Assembly (NCBI RefSeq): GCF_964355755.1
Contig: NC_092674.1
Span: forward strand, 7,688,001 to 7,752,000
Direction of reading: 5' to 3'
Source of the DNA: Antedon mediterranea
Lineage: Eukaryota > Animalia > Echinodermata
Length of the DNA stretch: 64,000 nt
Part shown: positions 51,901-64,000 of the stretch, piece by piece
How the letters are laid out: every line of letters begins with the position of its first letter
Numbering within the stretch: position 1 is the stretch's first letter
Made by a program: the position numbers and the translations under genes
The notes under the pieces: generated by a model
Database searches by the model: none
What the model was told of the DNA's origin: nothing
The model's input: only the letters and a program-made list of their open reading frames with translations

Positions 51901-53225
51901 CCAACTCTATCATCAGGTTGTAAGTCAGCAACACCTAGAAACGTGTGGTAGATGGAAGTTTGGAATTCAATCTTGCTATTTGTGTTAAAGATTTTACCAT
52001 TGGGCATACTTTTCTCTTGTTGTTGTCCAGTATTGTTATGAGGCTTAGTATCATTCCAAGTCACTTTATCTCTCCCATCAATATTCTTGTACAATATTCC
52101 AACTGATAAATCTCTGATGTCTTTGTCCTCTTGAATTGCGTATCCTCGAAACCTGCGTTTACCACTATATCTGGACGTCAATGGTGTATTAGAATACATG
52201 GTTATATCTAATGGATCTTCACAAAGAGATATATAAATAATGTTTGAATTATTATACAAATATAATTAATACTCTTAAAAAAGTATAATACAAATATGAA
52301 TACTATTAAATATAAATACTTTAAGTACAAATATTGTTATGGATAAACTTGGTATGTAAATATTTTTATTAAAGTGGTTTTGAACAATAACAACTGAATA
52401 TCTAATTGGGCGAGAAAACACATGGTAGAAAATTATTATTATTTTTCATTTTTTTTATTTTAATAATATCCTTTAACTTTTATCTAATTTATATTATTTT
52501 TATCCAATATTCTAAGTGAAGATAACTGGATAAATTGATAATAATAATTGATATCCGTTTTTGTATGTAACTCTGACATATTATATACTAGGCCTTTTGT
52601 TCAACTTCAATGGGTATTTTATTTTACGATTGCAATAGTTTCAATAAATGAATGAATAAAACAATTAAGCGGATTGTGTAACAATATAAAATCTAAACAA
52701 TGGAATTAACTTGATTATATTATTTGATTTTTCCTTTAATGGTTTAAAAAAATTGTATTTCTGAAATAAACACATTTCGGTAATATAATAAATGTCGTAA
52801 TACGTCCACATCTTCGACTGTCCATATTCTTTCGTACCGATTTATAATGCTTAAGAGATTGGGCATTTTGTACATAATAGGCAACTTATTCTACTAATCA
52901 ATAGAGGTGTCTATGAATGATAATCTACTATGTATTAGGCCTACCTGTTTTTAGTTTATATATTGACTTTCTTGTTTAAATAAATTTATTCTTCAGGCAT
53001 TTATCAAGTCAATATAAATCATATTACTGCTATCAATTGACATACCCTTTCGACTAAAATAATCCAAGGAGTCCATTAAATACGTCCTACTAGACTATAT
53101 AACTCATAACAATAAATGAAGAAAGAGAAAGAGATTGTTCTAACCTTTCAAGACATACCTGATAATCCTAATTGCCACAAACAAAGACTTAAGATAAAAA
53201 GCTGAAAGCTTGTATAGAGAAACAT
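42960..53225 (-). CDS. Tie-like-ectodomain / PTP-D2 receptor, copy C (complete, 19 exons, ~1186 aa)
   Basis: Near-identical to A/B; ATG at 53225, stop at 42960-42962; no exon-disrupting change seen by eye; P-loop reads VHCMDDFGRSG. Confidence 0.87.
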
Positions 53226-55461
53226 CTCTACTCCTGCCCTACTAACCACTATATGGGTGGTCCTCAGTTGTACTCCGTATGAATGCAACGTTCGTCAGTA
53301 AATACAATATCGTTTCCTTGTATGTACGTTTATGTTCAACCAAGGTTCCTGTTTCTTCAATTCCTGAAACCCGATGATTATTTTAATAGCTTAAAATAAT
53401 TCCTTAGTTTTGATCGAGGGTTAAACATAATAGTTCGTTCTTTTTTAGTGCTCTACAAGCAAGCTTTTCTAAGCGCTGAACATTATTACCCCAGTCATTT
53501 TTCGGATCAAACACGTATGTAAACATATTCCCATAATTCAGCTATAGTAATCAGCGCAAAGTTGTGTTTTGATCTAACCGGGTACCCATTTATACACCTG
53601 GGTGGAGAGGCAAACGTAAGTAAAGAGTAAAGTATCTTGTCTAATGATACAAGCAATGCGGCGAGAGTTGGATTCGAACCTCGGTCTCACGATCACTAGT
53701 CCAACTTCCAACACCATGCGCCACACGCCCTCACATGCACTGTACGTAGTTTAATTTTGAATAGTTCTTGGTTATAAATTTAATATCATTTCCTTCTTGT
53801 GATGTATGTTCGTCAACGTTTTATGTTTAAACAAGTTTCTTGTTCTTCCAATTCCAGAAACTGAACACAGATGATTATTATAATAATATCTAAATTGTTT
53901 CCTTAAGATAAGATCTATCTTATCTAAATATAAATTCTTCCTTTTAACATCGGTTTCCATCTTCGATCATCTTGTTACCTCGTCCTCCTTCCACCTCACC
54001 TATCCTCAGCCCCTCAGATAATTAAGGAATCATTGTAAATAAAATTCAAATACAATATTTAAAGTTGAAATAGAGGAACGACTTCCTCCAAACTCGACCA
54101 TTATGATTGGTACCACATTGTATGTGGCGTTCACAACTTGGAATCAAAGGTAACATAGGGCAGCATGGTAACAATTAAAAAAAATTAAGAAAAAAAAACA
54201 CTCCTCATGCACACAAATAACATACTACGTTTTAGTCTTTCGCACATTATTTATACATTGTTTTGATCTTCATGTTGTTTAGGATCAAAGGTCAGGAATG
54301 GGGTGTTTGTTTTTGTAGTAGAGGCGTTATAATAAAATAATGTACTGAGATAGACTTATTTGTATCTATATACAGCTTAAATACAGCTTAAATACCAATT
54401 AAATGATGATATCTTGTGAAAAGTTGTGGGTCAATCAAGATTAAAACAAATGTTAGGGAAGGGATCACCTCAAAAGAGTATATTAATAGTCATATTATCA
54501 TAATAGTAATACCATTTGTTCAATGAAGGTCAAGTAAGTGATGTAATTAAGTATATTAATTGAAAAATGTAACAACAAATGGAAATTAGCTCGTTAACAA
54601 TTACGTGAGACAGAAGATACATGTTTAACTAGGCTTAAAGGACAACTTGACCGAGGACCATGTTTTAGGGATGTACCTATATGATTTCAGCACCATTGTG
54701 AGATTAAGGATATCGCCGCACGGGCTTGCCGTACAAGCCGTCGCCGTAAATTGCTGTGACGTCACAGGTGCAGCGCAAAATTCTGGCATTTCTAGTAAAC
54801 ACACCGTAACAAATATAAATGTTGATTTTGTTATTGTTTATTTTGCTTATCTAGACTCATTAAGTAGATTTTGCGATGCACCTGTGACGGAACAGCAATT
54901 TATGTAAATGATTTAAATAAATTGTTCACAAAAATAAAATTGTAATGCATTATTATATAATTATCCATAAACATAAAACATCGAAAAAGTCCGAACCATG
55001 GCTGGTCAATTTAAAGTCTCTTACATCGGCTCAATGTTTTGGAACAACCTGCCTTTAGATTTAAAGAATATTTTTTCTAAAAATTTGTTCGTTAAACATA
55101 TAACATAACTTTTATTATCAAGATACTGATTTAAGGTGGCCCATCTCTTATGGTTTTTGTCTGTCCTTTATTTTGTTAATTTCATTGTATTGTTATTTTC
55201 CATTGTTATTGTTTGTATACAATGTATTTGTTAGTTTGGGACAAACGCTCGATTAACGAAAGCATTTTTTTTTGCTCCAATTTTCTATTGGTGAATAAAT
55301 AAGTAAATGATACATTCCTGCTTAGTGTTTTTAAATTTTATTTATATATATATATATATATATGACTGCACCCTGGCTCCCTTTGTTATATTTCTTTTAT
55401 TCCTGTCCACCGAGGCAGCACTTGCCAGCTTTATACTCTGACGTTATCCAAATTCCTTCAC

Positions 55462-55502
55462 TTGCACTGATGAAGGGCTAGTGTTGCCCGAAAGCTCTGC
55501 TA
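55462..55502 (+). ncRNA. Minimal type I hammerhead ribozyme motif, copy 3
   Basis: Identical to 16327..16367. Confidence 0.82.
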
Positions 55503-55699
55503 ACTTTTCTGGCTGTTTACTTTATCGTTTTGATTTAGCTTTTCGCTTTTTATTTTTGTATCTCCATTGAGATCCAGCCACTGATACCCACAGCATTGTC
55601 ATTTTTTCAGTAATTTGCCTTTGGATTTATATATATAACGTACCACGCCGAGAATGTTAAAGAGTCGCTATCCAATCGAGTTCGAACAATACCATGAAA

Positions 55700-55771
55700 G
55701 CCCCAGTGGTCTAATGGTTAGGACATCTGCATATCAAGCAGGCGGTCCGAGTTCGAGTCTCGGTTGGGGCG
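55700..55771 (+). tRNA. tRNA-like cloverleaf, anticodon ATC
   Basis: Copy of 16565..16636. Confidence 0.65.
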
Positions 55772-56064
55772 ACTTGTTCTCATTCTCACAGATTTCCTCA
55801 TCTTTATCGTTTCAAATTAGTTAATTAAAATTTCAGTATATCACCGGGCGGTTTAGAATTAATGTTCTTTGCCTGATTTGTTTATATATATAAAAGTATC
55901 TCTTCGGAGATCCCGCCTCGTGAATAAAAATACTGTAAGATGAGGGCGTATCAATTTGATCTCTGGTGCGCGTGCGTACAACTGAGGACTAGTGCTGTTC
56001 CGCCGTACCACGCCGAGAATGTTAAAGAGTCGCTATCCAATCGAGTTCGAACAATACCATGAAA

Positions 56065-56136
56065 GCCCCAGTGGTCTAATGGTTAGGACATCTGCATATC
56101 AAGCAGGCGGTCCGAGTTCGAGTCTCGGTTGGGGCG
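56065..56136 (+). tRNA. tRNA-like cloverleaf, anticodon ATC, with T5 terminator
   Basis: Copy of 16930..17001. Confidence 0.68.
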
Positions 56137-58163
56137 ACTTTTTCTCATTCTCACAGATTTCCTCATCTTTATCGTTTCAAATTAATTAATTAAAATTTCA
56201 GTATATCACCGGGCAGTTTAGAATTAATGTTCTTTGCCTGATTTGTATATATATATATATTATTATTATTTTATATTATTCATTCATTCATCTTTTTATT
56301 TCAGAATACAATGGTGACATAATATATCCATAGCAAAAAAGAAAAAAAATCTTAACTCATAGAACAAAAATAAAAATGTATATACACCTATATAAAAAAG
56401 TCAATGCAACAAGGCATTCCATTGTATGTGCATTCTTGACACATTAAGAACGTGGCGATTAATGGCCATGATCAAAGAATTACTACTTGCGTTCAAACGA
56501 TTTTTAAAACTAAAAACAGATTTTCCAATGAACTATAATGTTCTAAAGTTTCATGTAAACTTTTATGTACCGTTGTTTGGTGTGTTGAGGGCGTCATGTA
56601 TGTCAGCCTATGCCGTTTTGAGTCGTTGAATAATAATTAATAAAATGATAACTAAAACTAATCTTAACAGCGCATTCAATCAACTGTGGGTATTTGTGTA
56701 TCTGTTGTATCATGTGCTATTTTCATAGCACATGATATTTATACTCCATCCTCCAAATCATTATTTTTCTATTCATAATAATATATCTATGCATATGCCT
56801 AGTCAACAAATCAGTATAGGACAAGACGTCATACAAGTCAACAATATGATCTACTCTAAGTTTATTCATGTAAAAAAATGGCATTATACTTACGTAGATC
56901 AAGTTAAAGTTGTTTTGCAATTGACAGTAAAATTTAGGCCTCGCCTCGTTGAAAGAAAGTGTTTTGAAATTCGCGCTATCTGGCTACTACGACACGTCAT
57001 TTAGACATGGCAACCTATTATTGAATGTGGATTCATCGTAAAAATTCATTGTTTCGCAGCCACTCAATATTAAAGCGATATAATCCTAGTTGAATGAAAC
57101 AGTTTGTCTTGAAGTTCATGGTATTTTCTCAACATTCAACTCCTAACATACATTATTTAACAGACATACCTAAACGTTGGTTGCTCCACCTTGTTTTTGT
57201 CGTCGAGTAAAATTTGAAAAGCTGGGCTCTTGGTCCAGTCATTATCATACAGTCGCAATATTTGACAATGAAGGATACCACCAGTTTTCAGAAACGTTTG
57301 ATTCTTCAGTATGTTACAGTTATAAGCAGCGAATTTATACGATTTATTACTATTATTACTCAACTATCAATAATGTTTTGCATATATATTTTAAATAAAT
57401 GGTTATTAATTGTAAAAAAATCTAAATCTTATTATAATATGATTTATCTTAATCACATTTATGGATGGTTAAGGATGTTTATGGTTATTAATTGTTAATA
57501 ATCTTAGTAACAATGTGATTCTGAGTTGTAAACTTCAACTGGTGAATTTGGAGATAAATGTGTTTATGTGTATCTGTATTCCTTATGTTTATATTAAATG
57601 AATAATAGTGACATTTTTTCTTGGTAATATCGAGCCGGGGACTTATAGATATATTTCAGCTAGCAATACAGTATTGCGTACTTGTACTTTTAGCCATGGC
57701 GACGGAATTGTTTCGGACTCTCCTTTTTAAAATGTTGATAACAGATTAGGAACCGCTGATACAAAGTGAATTTAAATAAAATACTCATTATAGAATAATG
57801 AATTAAGCTTTTATTACTTACAGTACTAGGCCTAAGTATAATTATAACTATAGAGCAAAATAATTCTATAAAATATGTTACAACTTCATGCACCGCCATG
57901 GGCTAAAACATAACAGAAGATAGTTGCCTATACAAGAGGCCTAAACTAATTAGAACATTAGTATATAGTATATATTATTATAATAATATATAATAATATT
58001 AGTTAGTGCGATGTAAAGAGCAATCAAATAAGATTTACATTAAAATATTATTTCCATGTCGGTTCGTCACGGCTTGTTCAGAAGTGAAACCCGTGTTGGG
58101 TTGACGATAAACTAAGCACAAGAGAGACCGGTCTCCATTATTTAGCTGATTGTCAATGGATAC

Positions 58164-60935
58164 TCACACATTGGGTTTGTGTTTTTTGTTCAAACTTTGG
58201 TAACTTATTGCGTTTATATCTTGACTAAAAACTTCTGTTTTCGCGCTTGATTGTACAGTATTAAATCTAGAATGAAATAAAGAAATGAATACGATTAAGT
58301 CGATCGTTATTTTCAGTTTCCACCCCAGTAAATCGTTATTTCAGACGGCAAAAACTGTATGTGTGATACTTTACCGTTTAAACAAAGTGATGGAAACTAT
58401 TAAAAATACCACTACTACCAAACAAATTACAACAACACCTATTACGTAACCTGTAAATAAAAGCATTAATGTACTTATTTAATAAGTATTAATTTACTAT
58501 TAAGTATTATGTGTAATCTTTTGTCTCTTACTGTAAAGTAATTTAGACTTTAATACCAAAATAATTCTAATCACAATATTGCTTGAACACAGTATTTCAA
58601 ATGTAAACGGGTTGGGCTTTTTCTCGATTGTGAAGTTTAACCCACTGCAATTTTAAAAAAATGATCAGATATGTATCGTCTGAAGTTTTCTGACCTGGGC
58701 TATTTCAACCAAATTAGAAAATCCCAACAAGTAAAGTGTGTTTATTATTTCACTAACCTTCTAGTTTCTGTTCGTCTGAAATGTTATTGTTATCTGGCTG
58801 ATTACAATCTGTTCCAAACATGAATTGTTTTGTGTCACATGTTAAAGTGGTTGCTGTCTGGTTTATAACAGTTGGCGGTTCAGATCGGTCAGGTAATGCT
58901 AACAAAACAAGATAATTAAACTTATGAATATGGTTATTTAATAAAATAAAAGATAGGATTTATTATTTTGCCGGAAGTCAGGGAACAACGCCAGTTGTAC
59001 AGGGCGAGTATGTGAAAATAACCCTGTGATATCCACACATTTCGATCGCAAAACGCTAAATTTTGTCGTTGTAAAAGGCAAAAATTGAAAAATATCGTAA
59101 TATCCGGGCGGTTTAGAATTTATTCTGTGCCTGTGATGTTTAACGCAGATCATGAAAGCGAAAGTGCTTGATACAAAATGTAGAGCCAAATAGAAATAAA
59201 AATAGAAATAAAAATAGAAATAACTGATTATTCAGAGCCAAGCACGTGAAGATTTAGTTCATACTCATGAAACAGCCTGTAGTGCAATAAAATGTTCAGT
59301 TGGTAATTTACTAGCGTCTTTATCATTTATGTCTATATACTATATATTTAGATCTTTGACAATTGTTTACACAAACAATAAGTGATCACATAATAATGAA
59401 ATATTTACAAAATGGGATATAACTTACAAGAAATCGGTATTGTTGAAACTATGAAATCATCGCTCCATGACCAAAGCCCATATCAGTAAACGCACGTACA
59501 AGAAATGTGTATTTTTTATTTTCTTCCAATGTTTTAAAAACAACTCCAGGGGTATTGCCAGTAGCTGTTTTAATCATGTAGGTAATACGTGATGTGTTTC
59601 CTTTGTACAATTCGTATTCAAAGTGAGTTATTATACCATTTCGTTTATCCTCACTCGGTTCTTTCCATTTTAAAATAAATGTGTTCCTCGACAACTCGTA
59701 GGTGATATTCATTGGACAACCAGTAGGTATTGTGGAACAAGATGATGATCAAATTACGTTTTTGTCACATAAAGATTGATAGTGTAGACAGAAAAAAACA
59801 CGATAATAATAGTTACATACCAGACTGTTGTGTGGTAGCGTTCATGGTGGAAAATTCTCCAAGCTTTGTTGTCTTGGCACCGACCATAATAAAATAGTTA
59901 GTGTATGGCTTCAGGTTTTGAATGTAGAATGTTTGTAACCAGGTGCATAAAGTGTCTTAACTACACCGGTTCTTTGATCAATGTACGTTATATTAAACGA
60001 TCTGATTTCGCCATTTGTGACAGTTGGTTCATTCCATGTCACCAATAAAGTGTCACTGGCCTGAACAGTTACTGTCATCATTTGTAGAGGTCCCGGAGCT
60101 GTGTATCAGTAAAAACAATACATCTCTACATTAGCTTACATTTAGTAATGGAGCGATAGTATTACATGTTTTCCTGTAATGAATTTTAAACGGACCGGAC
60201 ACAGTCATGGACTAAATTAAAATTAATTTACTATAACTTATTGTTCCGTCTTGTGCACTGTTTTGCCAAAATTTAGGAGGTTAAAAAACATTTCTTATTT
60301 TCAATAATTGTATTGCATGCTAATTTTATCTTAAATTAACTTGGTAAATCGAAAATGATTTTTTTTATAGGTTGCTTCACATAAGATTCAGTCAAGATTT
60401 TAAAATTTTAAAGAATTTTTTTTAAAGAATACATAAATCACTCTACCTCCATCTTCTGTATAGACACTTCGCAAAACACTATAAACTCTCCGGCCCCCAC
60501 AGCTTTTAGCAAACATTTTGCAATAGTATTCTTTTGACGCTTTCAGTCCCGTTACGTCACATTGATATACATCTGGTGTGATGACTGAAAATTGTTTCCA
60601 TATCAATGTTCCCCTCATTCGGCACGTAATGACAAACTCTGTTATAACCATGTTGTCGGATTTTGGGAACTATAAGTAAACAGCACGTATCGCACATTAA
60701 TACTTGCTTTTTTGATACAAGTATACATAAATAACAATACAGTATGTATTCTACTAGATGTGTTTGACCAGAATATTTGGAGCGAACAAGTTTGGTATAA
60801 GGAGAGGTATTATTCAATACTATGTTTTTTTACATGAATTATCATTATTTAAATACATTAATACAAAATTAAATTGAAACTTACTGTCCAAGTCACACGA
60901 ATACTACTTTCACTTGTCGGGGCTTCGACATGGCG
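58164..60935 (-). pseudogene. Diverged paralog D: FN3 exons, fused FN3 exon, TM, short tail; frameshifted
   Basis: Exons 60935-60885 and 60669-60447 (FN3), 60098-59821 (FN3, 278 bp, 1-bp deletion), 59729-59428 (FN3, 302 bp, 1-bp deletion, acceptor AA instead of AG), 58898-58758, 58450-58375 (TM GYVIGVVVICLVVVVFLIVSITLFKR), 58266-58164 (..ISYQSL..PNV*). No signal-peptide exon was found upstream. Confidence 0.78.
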
Positions 60936-61468
60936 CTGAAAACAAAAATATTTAAATATCCACCAAAATATACAAAACTATAGACGAATAAAAATGTAGA
61001 TGTATGGGAATAGCATGTGTATCGCAGTCTAACTGGACTCAATTGCGCATAGAAATATACTACATTATTAAGTTAACGCTGCGAGAATAGCCTGAGTGCA
61101 GTACAAATTTTGCGGGAAAAAAGTATAGGAAAATTTGTTTCTTTTTTTTTCTGATAGAGTATACCATATAGAAGGTCAGAAAAAAATCCCCATCCCAGGG
61201 TCTTGGGGAAAAGTGTTTACGGCACTTTTAAATGTTGGCCTATATAACACACACAAATGCCTTAACACACACAAATACCTATATATAGGGGATAGGGAAA
61301 ACCAATTCACGTTTTTTTTAACTTGGCGTTGTGTTATGATGATTAAAATTAGCTGAGGCTTACTTTAATAACTACTTCTCATAGTAGTTGATAAATCGAG
61401 TCGATAACAATGACATCATCATGCCAGAATCCAATATGGCGTCCAATTTGGCGAAAAAAAACAGGGTA

Positions 61469-61835
61469 TTGCTAAACCCCCGCAAACCCCTGGAAACCTC
61501 CAAAATAACATAGCAAACCCCACCAAACCAACATAAAAGTGATTGAATCATGGAGTGTATGACCCACTGGGTATATCCATGTAAAAAAAAAAATTAAATT
61601 TCTACTGTTAACTACTTATTTTTGGGGTAAAACATCATTTTTTGGTCAAAAATGATTGCTAAACCCTGCAAACCTCCAAAAAAACATAGCAAACCCCACC
61701 AAACCAACATAATAAAAGTGATTGAATCATGTGGTGTACGACCCACTGGGTATATCCATGTAAACAAAAATTAAAATTTCTACTGTTAACTACTTATTTT
61801 TTGGATAAAACGTCATTTTTTGGTTAAAAATTAGC
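61469..61835. repeat. Two tandem ~185-bp repeats
   Basis: ttgctaaaccc..aaacctccaaaa..catagcaaaccccaccaaaccaacat..gacccactgggtatatccatgtaaa..tttctactgttaactacttattttt occurs at ~61469 and ~61656. Confidence 0.85.
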
Positions 61836-64000
61836 AATCATTTTTTTTCCAAAAAACTCTATGAATGATTGATAATAATTTAAAAACCAAAAGCCATTTT
61901 TGTTTATTAAAAGGTCAACTTCATATGAATTAAAAATATCTCATATCTTTCCTGTTCAATTCTCTTAAATTTTCATGAACTTCAAATGCAAAATAACGAA
62001 ACACGTGGACATTAAACTTTGTGAATAAATATGCCTATGCCAAATCTATTATTGCTCCTTATGATCAATTACCGCCATTTTTTAAAACTCATTATGGAAG
62101 CTTAAGAGCTATAAGTTACCTATAAGTTATAATTTATGTAAAATGTCTTCATCTTTCTTTTTACGTAACATATTTACAATATTGTATTGGATACATTATT
62201 TACATTAATTCTTTATCTGATGGGCTGATGGTAGGAGAGTAGGAATGATGATGAGGTTACAGGAGAAAATCGAAGATGGAAAACGATATTAAAATAAAGG
62301 AGTGTGATGTAAGAATGAAAGTAGGCCTATATGCCATACGGATATTGATCATTAGGATAAAATGAATGTGTCCTAAGGGCAAGTTGCCTTTCTCTCACTG
62401 CCTCATTAAACCATTATCCATTAATGTAAGTATTTTAGATTTTGTGATTCAAATTGCAATGACAATTTTGACTGATTTGAGTTCATATTAGTTAGGCTGT
62501 TCCCCACTATTCTGCTGCAGCAAGAACACGTATGCCTAGGCCTACATTACAACCAATGTATTCCATGCCTTACATACGTATTATGTAAAACACTTTTGAC
62601 TGTGTTAACCCATTTAAAATCAATGTAACTTTTGAACTGCTATTTGTCTAATATCTGTAGGCCTATAAATGGTGTTATACTCACGTTATGCCAATAAAAA
62701 ATGTAGGCAGATAATACTTTGAACTTCGCGCTACCTGGCCTCGTCATTTATCATTTTTATATTTTGCACTGTTGATTCATCGTAAACATTCATTGTTTCA
62801 CAGTATACCAATTAACATTATTGCTATTATCCTTGTTGAATGAAACAATTTATAGTATTCTTCGTATCCAACGCGTAAAATGCATTATTTTACAAACGTA
62901 ACTTAACGTTCCTGTTTCTGTCGGATAAAATGTTAAAAGCTGGGCTCTTGGTCCAGTCGTTATACAGTCGCAATCAACAATGAAGGAGGCCACCAGTTGT
63001 CAGAGACCCCTAGTATCTTACATTAGGCTGCGAATGATTAGGCCTACTATAATTGTTACAAAACTGCTTAAGATTATTTTGTCAATGTAAATAGACAACA
63101 TTAAATAAAGAATCGTTTGTATTAAAATCAAATGACACGAAATGAATGAATTAATATATAAATCTCGAAGTGTCCAGTTTATTATTATTTTAAGCTTTAT
63201 TACAATTCGCTATTTACGGAATGATTATATTTTGACTTTTCATTGATATAAATAATTTAAACAATCAAAGAATTTCTTTCTTTTTTAAACAAGTAACAGT
63301 AGTTTAATTAGTAACTACAGTATTAATATCTAAATTTTACAATAAACGCTCATTTATAATAACATAACAAAAGAGGATAATATGGAAGAATGTATATGGA
63401 CATTTAGAATTTACACGATGTAAAATTGAATAAAATGATAAGTATCATATTTATTGTTTATTATGGTATTTCTAATAAAATTGGTAGTTCACTCCAGAGA
63501 AAAAAAATCAATCAATAAAACGGTTATTCGTTTGTACATAAACCAATGTAACTTATCTATCCGTTGGTATACGGTTTACAAATTTACCTTTAATTTAACA
63601 ATTAATATATAATTACAATCACTGTAATTCTATCTGCATTTATAACGTATTTTTCTTTTTAATGATGGTATTTAATGTGTGTATACATGATGAAACCAAT
63701 ATAAAACGATCATAGGCCTAATAGTATTGCTATAGTATTATAAATATTTTAGTTTAAATAATTACAAATCGTATACTGCAGGAAATGCAATTAAGTGTAA
63801 TAATAAAATGTTATCTATAACTTAACGAGTGATTAGTTTTGTGGGTCAATATAAAATTTGATAGATAGACTTAAGGAGAAAGGTATGTCTTGACAATAAT
63901 TCTCCGACACTCTAAAGCAATGTTCCTGTATTCAACCTATGAAAAATGATTGTTTTAATTGTGAACATTAATCAGTAATGTAACCTACCAAAACGATACA

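Larger units (their letters stand above)
1..56627. repeat. Tandem segmental triplication, ~16.6-kb unit (A ~1-17510 partial, B ~17511-40040, C ~40041-56627)
   Basis: The ORF track and sequence recur at offsets of ~17.1 kb (A to B) and ~22.5 kb (B to C, which includes the 5.9-kb BEL insertion). Introns are near-identical by eye. Similarity falls off after ~56.63 kb. Confidence 0.97.

Noticed and set aside
57686-57910. Apparent TIR pair ttttagcc(c)atggcg
   Set aside because: The interior is collinear with 18690-18870 of the main unit, so a discrete MITE insertion is not supported.
61469-61835. CRISPR-like or other prokaryotic array
   Set aside because: Only two long tandem units without unique spacers; the whole window is spliceosomal-intron eukaryotic DNA.

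Overview
AT-rich, intron-containing animal genomic DNA; an invertebrate deuterostome such as an echinoderm is plausible but not provable here. About 57 kb is a very recent head-to-tail triplication of a ~16.6-kb unit. Each unit carries a 19-exon minus-strand receptor gene (~1186 aa, reconstructed by hand with consistent exon phases). Its architecture is signal peptide, Tie-receptor-like Ig-Ig-EGF ectodomain, 3 FN3, TM, a tyrosine-rich region with EPIYA/EPVYI repeats, and a single D2-type (probably inactive) PTP domain ending in YANVK. A fourth, diverged and frameshifted relative follows at 58.2-60.9 kb. Copy-specific young insertions are a 5'-truncated L1/Tx1-type LINE interrupted by a Deu/Nin-domain SINE, a 478-bp poly(A) retrocopy, and a gag-deficient BEL/Pao LTR element. 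All units share a MetaSINE-like element, L2/Crack fragments, and a (TA)n-embedded module pairing a Penelope-type minimal hammerhead ribozyme with two clean tRNA cloverleaves that have the unusual anticodon ATC. All analysis was by eye; no searches were run.
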